This document shows, piece after piece, positions 8,570 through 17,781 of a stretch of 64,000 nt of DNA. Position numbers and translations under genes: made by a program. The DNA is from SAR202 cluster bacterium bin22 (GTDB taxonomy: Bacteria; Chloroflexota; Dehalococcoidia; Lucifugimonadales; UBA3495). The stretch covers positions 1,790 through 65,789 of the forward strand of contig MPMM01000019.1 of assembly GCA_002238505.1 (NCBI GenBank). The letters run 5' to 3'. The notes beneath the pieces were generated by a model. That model was not told where the DNA came from, searched no databases, and saw nothing but the letters and a program-made list of their open reading frames with translations. Position 1 is the first letter of the stretch. Every line of letters begins with the position of its first letter.

Positions 8570-11500
8570 CTACTCGTACCGCAGCGCCTCCGCCGGGGCT
8601 ATCGCGGCTGCCCGACGCGCCGGCAGAATGGTCATCAGGACTGAGAAGAAGTACGCTGCCACGGAAATCAGGATCACCTTTGCCCAGGGAAGCACAAACT
8701 CTATTTCAGGTTCGTCCGCTCGCAGTTCATCTATCAGTTCTACCGAGGATATCAGCCCCAGCACGAGCCCCAGGCCAATACCCAGAATTGCTATGAACGA
8801 AGACTCAGCAATAAAGCTCAGCTGGACCATTCCACGGGAAAAGCCGATGGCCCGCAGTACGCCAATGGCATGGCGTCGTTCCACCACTGCCCGCGCGCTG
8901 ATAACCCCCAGGGCGGCAATGCCAACAAACAGTCCCAGCGCCATGAACCCAATGAGCAGGTTAAACAAGGCCTCCTGAGAAGCCTGGGCATCGGCAATGG
9001 ACTCCTTCAGGTTCAGGGTCTCAACGCCGTTCTGGAAGAAGGCCGACTCAATGGCGCCCGCGCCGTCGGCCGTACCCTCCTCGATATTGAAGAAGAACTG
9101 GGTGGCATTCACTTCACGGCCGATAGTTTCCGGTGAGACGTAGAACCCGACGGGGACGGGCCCAATGGAAGCCAGCGTGTCCAGCACTCCTATAATATTG
9201 ATGTCAATTGTGTTCCCGCTTTCCAGGTCGCGAACGGTGATTTCCACGGGCTCCATCGTGTCGTTTTCGATGTACAGGTCCTCTACGCCCATCAGGGTGA
9301 ACTGGTCCGACGCCAAAGCAAAGGCCGGATTGTTCCGCTGGGGGACAATGGTAGAGTTCACCACGGCAAATCCGGGGTTTGTACGAACTGCCTCCCATAC
9401 GGCCGAACTGTCCACCCCGTCCTCCCCGGTATATTCGGGAAGGGACAGGGCAATGTCGTACCCGTTCGAGTCTATAAAGTCATCGCCAACCCCGGTCAGG
9501 GTTGTATCGGCATACCCTCCGGAGGAGTCTGAAGTCAGCCTGGCATCCGCCAGCGAAATCGTCCGAAAGGTCCCCACGGAAGGGGACCCATTGTCCCGTT
9601 CTACAAGAGCCAGGTCCGGGTTGGCTTCCACCGCTTTTCTCAGGTCTCCTATGGGGTTCAGGTCGGACCGCACGAACCCAATGACCTCATAGCCGCCCCC
9701 CATCCGGTCCTGGTTGTCCAGGAGATTGGAAAATACGTCAACAAAGGTGGCCATGACCGTGACGGAAAATATCACGATGGAGAACATGGCCAGGGACATC
9801 CCCGTCCTGAAGCGATTCTGGAGGGGGTAGGAAACCGAGGATTTCACCACCGGCGCATACCGCCTCATGCGACCGAGGGTATTGGAGGCCAGGCCCAGCA
9901 CTATTGGGGCATTGTTCACGGTCACCAGCACCGCGCCCGTTACCAGGAAAACCCCCAGGATGAAAAACCCGGACATATCCTCCGTGAAGTCCTCTTTCCG
10001 GCCCTTCAGGACACTGTGCGGTATCAGCCAGTAAATGACCAGGAACAGCCCGACACTGGTGAACGCGATCCTCTGTGACGCGCCCAAAACCCGGACAATC
10101 ATGGCAAGACCAATGGCTGTTACGGAAAGCCCCAGCCCAAAGAAGGGCAGGTGGGCCGCGCTAAATGCGGCGAAGGTGGCCAGCACGCCGACCACCGTCA
10201 TCACGATGGCCCGGATCAATGGACCCCGCCGGCCGCCTTCCATCTGCGGTTCAGGAAGGTCTCGGATTGCCCGCACAATGTTAAGCCGGCTGATGCGCCA
10301 GGAAGAAAATGCTACGGTGACAAAGGTAAGCACACTTCCTGCCAGGAACGCCGAGATAACGCTTACCGGCTGCACTTGGGGTGTGAAGGCAAAGCTTTCC
10401 ACCGCATCGCTGATTACGGCGGAAACAGCCTCTACCAGGGCCAGGCCCAGCCCCACGCCAATGACTGCGCCAATGACTGCGGAGCCTATTCCGTAGATGG
10501 CGCCCTCCACCATGAACATGCGCACCAGGTGTTGCCGCTGCATGCCAACGGCCCGCGCCATGCCCATCTCGCTTTTCCGCTCCGCGGCCAGCATGGAGAA
10601 TATGAGAAATATCAGCAGCAGGCCCACTCCGATGGAAAAGAGGCCAAAGGTCGTAAACAGCGATACAAAAAGCCCGCCCACTTCGTTAGCCCGAGCGATG
10701 ACGTCCTGCTTGACGGGGTCCATCTCCAGGCCGTTGGCGGCCACAACCGGATGGTCCTTGTATCGGGCAACCACGGCATCGGTCAGTTCCACGCCGCCGA
10801 ATACGTCTCCCTGGTTGGAAATCAGAACGGACGACAGTTCCCCGGGGCGGCCCAGCATTTCCTGGACGTCGGCCAGGTCCGCCATCAGGATAACTTCCGC
10901 GCCCTGCCCTGCGACATAGGCGCCGTCCACCACGGCGCGGACGGTGACGGGAACCAGCAGCCCCGGTCCCAGGGCAACGTTTATCCTGCCTCCCGGCTGC
11001 ACCTGCAATGCCTGCGCCCCGTCACTGGTGATATAGACCTCGTCGTCTCCAAGAGCCGCGATATCCACCGGGGCGCCGTTGGTGTCCACAAGTTCATCAA
11101 AGGCCCCGGCCCGCTCGGGGTCCAGGCCAGCCAGCAGGGCAGAGGACTCAAACCGCTGGCTGTCCGGGTTCACCGTCGCCACGCTCTCCACCAGGGCGGG
11201 CAGAACCCCGTCAATGTCAGCGTCGGCGTCCAGCGTTGGAGCCAGTTCCTCGAATACGGACTCGGAAAAACCGCTGGGAAGGGAGCGGCCCTCCCATACT
11301 GCCGCATCCTCATCCACTTGCAGAACCTGGTCCATGGACCGAAAGGATTCCGCAGCAGTAACCTTTATGCTGTGGGTAACCGAATCTCCAATGGTGAATG
11401 CGCTGGAAATGATTGCCGTCGCCAGCATTAGGCCCGAAAGGATCAGCAGGCTCTGTCCCGGCCTCCGGAAAACATTTCGGAAGGCCATGCGTACCAGGAT

Positions 11501-11605
11501 GGGGTTGCGAATCCTGATGAAGAGCAGGAAGGCAAAGGCAATCCCGAAGAGGATAGCCAGAACGGCGGCAACATTGGCGATGGGCGCCCCGAAAAGCTCA
11601 TCCAT
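8570..11605 (-). CDS. FtsX/MacB-like ABC permease with duplicated domains
   Basis: Two FtsX motifs (AERKSEMGMARAVG and VERRHAIGVLRAIG), large extracytoplasmic loops and a PAEALRYE end. Start at ATG 11605. Confidence 0.88.
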   Translation of the reverse strand: MDELFGAPIANVAAVLAILFGIAFAFLLFIRIRNPILVRMAFRNVFRRPGQSLLILSGLMLATAIISSAFTIGDSVTHSIKVTAAESFRSMDQVLQVDEDAAVWEGRSLPSGFSESVFEELAPTLDADADIDGVLPALVESVATVNPDSQRFESSALLAGLDPERAGAFDELVDTNGAPVDIAALGDDEVYITSDGAQALQVQPGGRINVALGPGLLVPVTVRAVVDGAYVAGQGAEVILMADLADVQEMLGRPGELSSVLISNQGDVFGGVELTDAVVARYKDHPVVAANGLEMDPVKQDVIARANEVGGLFVSLFTTFGLFSIGVGLLLIFLIFSMLAAERKSEMGMARAVGMQRQHLVRMFMVEGAIYGIGSAVIGAVIGVGLGLALVEAVSAVISDAVESFAFTPQVQPVSVISAFLAGSVLTFVTVAFSSWRISRLNIVRAIRDLPEPQMEGGRRGPLIRAIVMTVVGVLATFAAFSAAHLPFFGLGLSVTAIGLAMIVRVLGASQRIAFTSVGLFLVIYWLIPHSVLKGRKEDFTEDMSGFFILGVFLVTGAVLVTVNNAPIVLGLASNTLGRMRRYAPVVKSSVSYPLQNRFRTGMSLAMFSIVIFSVTVMATFVDVFSNLLDNQDRMGGGYEVIGFVRSDLNPIGDLRKAVEANPDLALVERDNGSPSVGTFRTISLADARLTSDSSGGYADTTLTGVGDDFIDSNGYDIALSLPEYTGEDGVDSSAVWEAVRTNPGFAVVNSTIVPQRNNPAFALASDQFTLMGVEDLYIENDTMEPVEITVRDLESGNTIDINIIGVLDTLASIGPVPVGFYVSPETIGREVNATQFFFNIEEGTADGAGAIESAFFQNGVETLNLKESIADAQASQEALFNLLIGFMALGLFVGIAALGVISARAVVERRHAIGVLRAIGFSRGMVQLSFIAESSFIAILGIGLGLVLGLISSVELIDELRADEPEIEFVLPWAKVILISVAAYFFSVLMTILPARRAAAIAPAEALRYE

Positions 11606-11612
11606 AGGGTCG

Positions 11613-12323
11613 TTACACCGCCTTGCCCGTGCCGTCGTCCACAATCAGGCCGTCCCTCATGCGAACGGTACGGTGCGACATTTCCGCCACCGTATCCGAG
11701 TGGGTGACTATGACAAAGGTCTCGTCAAGTTCCTTGTTCAACCGGATCAGAAGTTCCATCACTTCTCCGGCATTCTCGCTGTCCAGGTTTCCCGTGGGCT
11801 CGTCCGCCCACACGATTTCCGGCCGGTTTACCAGGGCCCTGGCAATGGTCACCCGCTGTTGCTGGCCGCCGGACATCTCTGCCGGATAGTGGCCGGCCCG
11901 GTTGTCAAGGCCAACCAGCGACAGGGCTTCCTGCGCCTTCTCCCGCGACTCTTTCTCCGGAAAGCCGGACACCAGCAGGGGCATTTCCACGTTTTCCAGC
12001 GCCGTAAGCACCGGCAGCAGGTTGAAGGACTGGAAAATATAGCCCATCCGGGTGGCCCGGAAGCGGGTTTTTGCCGTGTCGTTCATCTCTGACAGGTCGG
12101 ACCCGCCGATGGTGATTGTGCCCGAATCCACATCGTCCAGGCCGGACATGCAGTTCAGCAGGGTGGTCTTCCCGCCGCCGCTGGGGCCCATAATGGCCAC
12201 CATCTCGCCCTGTTTTACGTCCAGGCTCACCCCCCGTAAAACGTGAACCTGCAACTCCCCGGAGCCATAGCTCTTGTGCACTTCCTTTGCCTGGACAACG
12301 GAATCCCGTGAATCGTTTGTCAT
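11613..12323 (-). CDS. ABC transporter ATP-binding protein (LolD/MacB type)
   Basis: GPSGGGKTT, MSGGQQQRV, WADEPTGNLD and VTH motifs. Confidence 0.92.
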   Translation of the reverse strand: MTNDSRDSVVQAKEVHKSYGSGELQVHVLRGVSLDVKQGEMVAIMGPSGGGKTTLLNCMSGLDDVDSGTITIGGSDLSEMNDTAKTRFRATRMGYIFQSFNLLPVLTALENVEMPLLVSGFPEKESREKAQEALSLVGLDNRAGHYPAEMSGGQQQRVTIARALVNRPEIVWADEPTGNLDSENAGEVMELLIRLNKELDETFVIVTHSDTVAEMSHRTVRMRDGLIVDDGTGKAV

Positions 12324-12576
12324 GAACTTTCCCTTTCGAGGCGACACAATATTTCAGCAGCTTCCAGGTGTATGTGAGTGGCGAAAGTTCCGAATTGCCC
12401 GCTTCTGCAATCCGGCTTGTATCTGATCCAACATACATTGGCTGGTAAAATGATGCTCAAGATTATATCAGAGGCTATATTTATAAAGTAATCGCTCCTG
12501 GTCGGGCAGTTTCAGATCTTCACGAGAAGCCCACAACCAACCGGACCACTGGCTCAAAACGTGGCAACCTGCCCAG

Positions 12577-12704
12577 GGTCTTTCGATTATTGTGGTAGAG
12601 TCTCTTCCACCATTCGCCCTGAGCCCGTCGAAGGGCCGCCTGGAATGGTTCTCCAACCTCACCACGAACGGACTCGATGAGTCGCCACCGACAATCGAAA
12701 GACC
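12577..12704. mobile_element. 128-bp MITE-like element, copy 1
   Basis: Terminal inverted repeats GGTCTTTCGATT...AATCGAAAGACC. Same-length homologous copies lie at 51081 and 51984. Confidence 0.75.
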
Positions 12705-12804
12705 TTGGCAGCCTGCCGCCGTCCGCTGACATTGGCTCGCAGGCAGTGGTATGCTCAACGCGCTACTGGCAATAACTGGCAGGACTGGTATAAGCGAGGC
12801 CGAT

Positions 12805-13761
12805 ATGCAGCAAAGACCCTTCGGCAAACTGGGCTCCGTCAGCGCCCTCACCCTTGGCGGAGGCGGCCTGGGGCAGGTGTGGGGCACAACCACCAGGGAG
12901 GAATGCGTTGCCACCGCGCGGGAGGCCGTGGATTCCGGCATCGACCTGCTGGACCTGGCTCCCACTTATGGCAATGGCGAGGCGGAGAACGTCATCGGCG
13001 AGGCCTTCAACGGCGTCCTTCCCGCCGGCGTAAGGATCACCACCAAGTGCAGGCTGGGAGCCACCCCGCCGGAGCAGGTGTACGATCTCCTGTCCAGCAG
13101 CCTCGATGAAAGCCTGCAGCGTATGAAGCTGGAACGAGTTGACGTCATGTTCCTGCACAACGCCGTCACCCTGTCGGAAGCGGGCGGCGAGCGACTGACC
13201 ACCGTCGCAACGGTAACCGAGGCAATTGCCCCCGCCTTCGAGCGGCTCATCTCCGAGGGACGCATCGGCCACTGGGGGTTAACCGGCATCGGCGAGGCCG
13301 ACGCTCTCATCCACCTGCTGAACAATGGCCCCCGCCCGGACTACATCCAGTGCATTGCCAACCTGCTCGACTCGGCGGGGGCGCTGCCCCAGGGAAACCA
13401 GCCCATCCGTCCCCGCGACATCATCGCCGCAGCCAATGCCAGCGGCGCGGCGGTCCTGGGCATTCGGGCGGTCCAGGCCGGCGCCCTTACCGACGCCATA
13501 GATCGTCCACTGCCGGAAGGGCATACGGAACTGGCCGATTTCGCCCGGGCGGCCCCCTTCCGTGCCATCGCCGCCGACCTGGGGTGCAGCGCGGCTTACC
13601 TGGCCCATCGCTACACCCTCACTATGGAGGGCGTTTCCACGGTGGTTCTGGGTGTCAAGAACCTGGCTGAGTTGCGGGAATGCGTGGCTGCCGAGGCAGA
13701 GGGACCGCTCGATTCCGGCTTGGTGACGCGCATCGACACTGCGGTGAACTCCGGGGGATAA
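12805..13761 (+). CDS. Aldo/keto reductase
   Basis: VSALTLGGGG, DLAPTYGNGEAE, ITTKC and SLQRMKLERVDVMFLHN. Start at ATG 12805. Confidence 0.9.
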   Translation: MQQRPFGKLGSVSALTLGGGGLGQVWGTTTREECVATAREAVDSGIDLLDLAPTYGNGEAENVIGEAFNGVLPAGVRITTKCRLGATPPEQVYDLLSSSLDESLQRMKLERVDVMFLHNAVTLSEAGGERLTTVATVTEAIAPAFERLISEGRIGHWGLTGIGEADALIHLLNNGPRPDYIQCIANLLDSAGALPQGNQPIRPRDIIAAANASGAAVLGIRAVQAGALTDAIDRPLPEGHTELADFARAAPFRAIAADLGCSAAYLAHRYTLTMEGVSTVVLGVKNLAELRECVAAEAEGPLDSGLVTRIDTAVNSGG

Positions 13762-13849
13762 TCCCCAATTATCAGCTACCCACATATACTGGGCGGGCGG
13801 GCCACAGTAACCACCCGAACTCTCCAATACAAAAGCTACAGGAGGCGAA

Positions 13850-14182
13850 ATGGCGATTTACAGGGTATTCTCAGACGCCGATGGCGAGAGTCACATTGAG
13901 GAAATGACGCTGGAGGAACACCCCGAACTGGCAGCAATGCTCAACGTATCCGAGGTAAGGGTTCAGGAGTTCGACGGGTCCCGCCAGAGGGACTATCACC
14001 CCTTGCCCGAGCGCAGGCTTATCATCCATATGTCCGGCGAGGTGAAGATCGGGGCCAGCGACGGTTCGGAAATAGTGCTGAGGGCCGGAGACATCCGCTT
14101 GATGGACGACGTGTCCGGCAAGGGCCACAAGCATGATGACCTGTCCCCTTCGGCAGCCGTTTACGTGCTGTTGACCGACTGA
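13850..14182 (+). CDS. Small cupin-like protein
   Basis: DADGESH, YHPLPERR and GDIRLMDDVSGKGH; AGGAGG RBS. Confidence 0.75.
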   Translation: MAIYRVFSDADGESHIEEMTLEEHPELAAMLNVSEVRVQEFDGSRQRDYHPLPERRLIIHMSGEVKIGASDGSEIVLRAGDIRLMDDVSGKGHKHDDLSPSAAVYVLLTD

Positions 14183-14263
14183 GCGGGGCTGGCGGCGAAG
14201 GCGTTAGACTGCCATCGCCGCAAAGAAGCCTTGGTTGCCTTCAGTTGACCCGCTGCAAATAGT

Positions 14264-14294
14264 AAAGCCGGCAGGGACGTCCCTGCCGGCTTTT
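14264..14294. terminator. Bidirectional intrinsic terminator
   Basis: Perfect palindrome AAAGCCGGCAGGGAC/GTCCCTGCCGGCTTT plus T, between convergent genes. Confidence 0.75.
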
Positions 14295-14317
14295 CAGTAG
14301 TTCCCCGCTTAGAAAAC

Positions 14318-15241
14318 TTAGTCGTCGGCCGGTGCCGGCGCGGCCACCCGGTTGTCCACCAGGTCGGCGGTGCAGGCCGACTCGCTGAGCAGACCCCAGC
14401 GCACCATCCAGTGGTAAGTGTCTTCCACAATCTCCGGCGAGTAGTAGGTGTCTTTCGTATAGCGCAGGCGCGGCAGGTGGAAGTCCTCGGGCGTGATACC
14501 GCCATACTTTGCCGCCACATCTGCGAAATTGGGCTCATCGATCATGTAGTGCAGGAACTTGCGCTTGTCGGCGTTGAACATATCGATGGCCCGGCCCACG
14601 GCCCGGTTAATGGCGGCGAAGGTCTCCGGATCCATGTCATCGCTGGCGTTCTCCGCCCCCAGGTAGTGCCCTTCCGCCAGGGACTTGCAGCCCAGCTTCT
14701 CCCCCAGCGATATCCACGGCTCCATAACCACGCAGGCGTCGGCCTCGCCGTTCATCATTGCCTCAAATCGCTTTCGGGGAGAACCGAAGGACACCAGCTT
14801 GATCTTGTCGTTGGGAACGTATCCCTCCAGCAGCCGCAGGGAAACATAGTGAGCGGCGGCGTGGAAGGAAACCGCCACGGGACGGTTGCCCAGGGTCCCC
14901 GGATAGTTGTGGGGCGAATCCGGACGCACCATCAAGGACTGGCTCATTACCGCTGCGCGCAGGGCAATGATCTTGGTATCTTCGCGCTTGCTTTCATAGG
15001 CCCGACGGACCTGACCTTCCTCTCAAGCGCGGTAGATGGACACCATGTTCTGTTCGTAGGGCACGTGCCCCAGGATGGGGTCCACCTCGTTGGGGTCGTA
15101 GGAAACGCGGTTCTCCCGGTCGCCTTGCGCCCGCACAAATGTCATATCTATGCCCTCTTCTTCAAAGAGCCCGTTGTCCTTGGCAATCAGCCAGGGAATG
15201 GAAAACACGATCCCGCTGATTTCACTGACTACTTTCTTCAT
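14318..15241 (-). CDS. NMT1/THI5-like (PBP2-fold) protein with in-frame TGA at codon 73; candidate selenoprotein
   Basis: ORFs 15023-15241 and 14318-14947 share a frame and are joined by TGA plus 25 sense codons (IYRA*EEGQVRRAYESKREDTKIIALRAAV-MSQ). Fold motifs include WLIAKDNGLFEEEGID, VRPDSP and GEADACVVMEPW. GAGGGAG RBS before ATG 15241. Confidence 0.75.
14994..15014 (-). promoter_or_regulatory. Putative bacterial SECIS hairpin
   Basis: The mRNA reads UGA-GAGGAAGG-UCAGGUCC-GUC-GGGCCU-AUGA. The stem AGGUCC/GGGCCU has a G-first apical loop 16 nt after the UGA. Confidence 0.5.
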
Positions 15242-15489
15242 AACTCCCTCAACACTCCCGTTGAAACTATGGGGTACCAAGAGCGCCAACCTTCCTATCC
15301 TCATTGGCGTTGGAGTCATTCTAATACCGGTCCCGATTCAAAGCAATGGCCCGGGCCGTTGCCCGGACAAACTGGGGTTGCGGAAGAATTCGGCGCTGCG
15401 CCACTAATCTCCACGGAGAGGAAAGGCAACGCCCGGGCTGTCCCTTTCCATGTCCTGGAGCGCGCTTAATTGGCGACCCTGCCTCCAGC

Positions 15490-15518
15490 TTGACAAGCCT
15501 AACCCCTGCGGGTTTAAT
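15490..15518 (+). promoter_or_regulatory. Putative sigma70 promoter of the first Dpp-type operon
   Basis: TTGACA-N17-TTTAAT about 60 bp upstream of the GTG at 15581. Confidence 0.65.
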
Positions 15519-15580
15519 GCTCTCAATATCTCCGTGTTCCCGCCAGATGTTCCATACTTTAACGGGACCGCCTGCTGATT

Positions 15581-16636
15581 GTGACAACCCTTTCTTCCCA
15601 TTCCGGGAATACCTACGACGCTCCCTCATCACCATCACGCCTTGAAGTAAAGGACCTGCAAACCTGGTTCTACACCCGTCGGGGCGTGGTGAAAGCCGTG
15701 GACGGCGTCAGCTTCACCCTGGAGCCGGGGGAAACCCTGGGGCTGGTGGGAGAGTCGGGTTCAGGCAAAAGCATTACTTGCCTTTCCATTCTGAGACTGG
15801 TACCGGAACCCGCCGGACGCATAATCGGAGGCGAAGTCTGGCTGGGAGATACCGACCTGCTGCAACAATCTCGCCACGAGATGGAGAAAATACGGGGCCG
15901 GCACGTTTCAATGGTGCTCCAGGACCCCATGACTTCCCTGAACCCGGTCTTCAACGTGGAAAAGCAGGTAGGGGAAGGCTCCATGTACCACATGGGACTT
16001 CACGGGACGGGCCTTAAGGAACGGGTGCAGCAATTATTGCGGTGGGTGCGCATCCCCGCGCCTGAAGTTAGGGCCAACGACTACCCCCACCAGATGAGCG
16101 GAGGCATGCGCCAGCGAATCGTCGGCGCCATTGCCCTGTCTTCCCAGCCTTCCGTGCTGATAGCCGATGAGCCTACCACTTCTCTCGATGTCACCATCCA
16201 GGCCCAGTACCTCCAATTGCTTAAAGACCTGCAGGAAGAACACCGTTTCTCCATGATTTTCGTTACCCACGATTTCGGAATTGTGGCCAGGGTATGCGAC
16301 CGTGTGGCCGTAATGTACGCCGGTCGGATTGTTGAAATGGCCCCAACCCGGGAATTGTTCAGTACGCCCCGTCATCCCTATGCCAGGGCCCTGATTAATT
16401 CCCTTCCCGATCCGGATACGGAAGTTGAATGGCTTACCACCATCCCGGGTCAGCCACCCTCGCTATACGATCTGCCGCCAGGCTGCCCCTTTGCTCCACG
16501 GTGTTCCGAGGCCATGGATATCTGCACACAACAGTATCCGCCAACCTTTGAGACGGGAATCGCCGACCCCGGAGCCACCGGACCACCCGCCAGCCATACC
16601 GCAGCTTGCTGGCTCTACGGGGATTCGAACAGATGA
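15581..16636 (+). CDS. Dpp/Opp ABC ATP-binding protein (DppD-like)
   Basis: GESGSGKS, YPHQMSGGMRQR, HPY and GCPFAPRC...HTAACW. Confidence 0.92.
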   Translation: MTTLSSHSGNTYDAPSSPSRLEVKDLQTWFYTRRGVVKAVDGVSFTLEPGETLGLVGESGSGKSITCLSILRLVPEPAGRIIGGEVWLGDTDLLQQSRHEMEKIRGRHVSMVLQDPMTSLNPVFNVEKQVGEGSMYHMGLHGTGLKERVQQLLRWVRIPAPEVRANDYPHQMSGGMRQRIVGAIALSSQPSVLIADEPTTSLDVTIQAQYLQLLKDLQEEHRFSMIFVTHDFGIVARVCDRVAVMYAGRIVEMAPTRELFSTPRHPYARALINSLPDPDTEVEWLTTIPGQPPSLYDLPPGCPFAPRCSEAMDICTQQYPPTFETGIADPGATGPPASHTAACWLYGDSNR

Positions 16637-17670
16637 CCACGGCGGCCGGCAACCAGCAGCCCCTGCTGGACGTGCAGCATGTCCGGAAATATTTCCCGGT
16701 AAACAAGGGTGTGCTTTTCCGCCGGCCGGTGGGCTACATCAAGGCAGTGGACGACGTGGCTTTCTCCATTGCGCCCGGTGAAACCTTCGGTCTGGTGGGA
16801 GAGTCGGGCTGCGGCAAGTCCACGCTGGCCAAGCTGATACTGCTGCTGGAACCTCTTACCGACGGCGAGATAACCTTTGAAGGCCAGGCAGTAACCCGCC
16901 TGTCTGGAGATCCCCTGAGAAAGTATCGCGGTACCGTGGGGGCTGTCCTCCAGGACCCTTTCAGCTCCCTTTCCCCTAGGATGCGGGTACGGGAGATTGT
17001 TGGCGACCCACTGACGGTCACTACCGACACCCCCAAACGACAGATTGACGAACGGGTGGCGGAAGTTCTCGACCAGGTAGGTTTGAACCCTGCCTCCGCC
17101 TCCAACTATCCCCACGAGTTCAGCGGGGGGCAGCGCCAGCGCATAGCAATTGCCCGCGCCCTTTCCGCCTTCCCCAGGCTGGTAATTCTCGATGAGCCTG
17201 TATCCGCCCTGGACGCCTCCATACGCGCCCAGATTATCAACTTGCTCAAGGCCCTTCAGCAGGACCTGGGCCTCAGTTATCTGCTTATCGCCCACGACCT
17301 GGGCACTGTACGGTTCCTCAGCGACCAGGTGGGGGTAATGTACCTGGGTCAGCTGGTTGAGAAGTCCACCTCCAGGCAGGTCTTCACCAACCCGCTCCAT
17401 CCCTATACCCGCGCCCTCCTCTCCGCGGCCCTGCCGGTACGGCCGGACGTGCAGCGGGAAGAGGTAGTAATCTCAGGCGAGGTACCCAGTCCCCTGGACC
17501 CGCCCTCAGGTTGCCGGTTTTTCCCCCGCTGCCCAGCGGCCATGCCCATCTGCGAAACAGTGCAACCCCTTCTGGCGCCGGCCGAGGACGGGCACGAGGT
17601 GGCCTGTCATCTCTATCCCACCAGCGTCCCCCAGGGCACTACAGCTGCCGGAAGCAGGGGCGGAGGATAA
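16633..17670 (+). CDS. Dpp/Opp ABC ATP-binding protein (DppF-like)
   Basis: GESGCGKS, YPHEFSGGQRQR and GCRFFPRC...HEVACH. ATGA overlap with the previous stop. Confidence 0.92.
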   Translation: MTTAAGNQQPLLDVQHVRKYFPVNKGVLFRRPVGYIKAVDDVAFSIAPGETFGLVGESGCGKSTLAKLILLLEPLTDGEITFEGQAVTRLSGDPLRKYRGTVGAVLQDPFSSLSPRMRVREIVGDPLTVTTDTPKRQIDERVAEVLDQVGLNPASASNYPHEFSGGQRQRIAIARALSAFPRLVILDEPVSALDASIRAQIINLLKALQQDLGLSYLLIAHDLGTVRFLSDQVGVMYLGQLVEKSTSRQVFTNPLHPYTRALLSAALPVRPDVQREEVVISGEVPSPLDPPSGCRFFPRCPAAMPICETVQPLLAPAEDGHEVACHLYPTSVPQGTTAAGSRGGG

Positions 17671-17781
17671 TTTCGCTTGCGCCTTAACCCGCGCGTTGCT
17701 TATATTTGCCCTTAACCAGGTCATACTCCGCCGGGAATAGCCCCGGCCAGCGTTCAATAATCAAAGAGAGAGGCTATTGAT

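Noticed and set aside
15023-15025. Genome-wide TGA reassignment (code 4 or 25) as the explanation for the in-frame TGA
   Set aside because: Conserved genes such as rho and tal end at TGA at their expected C-termini.
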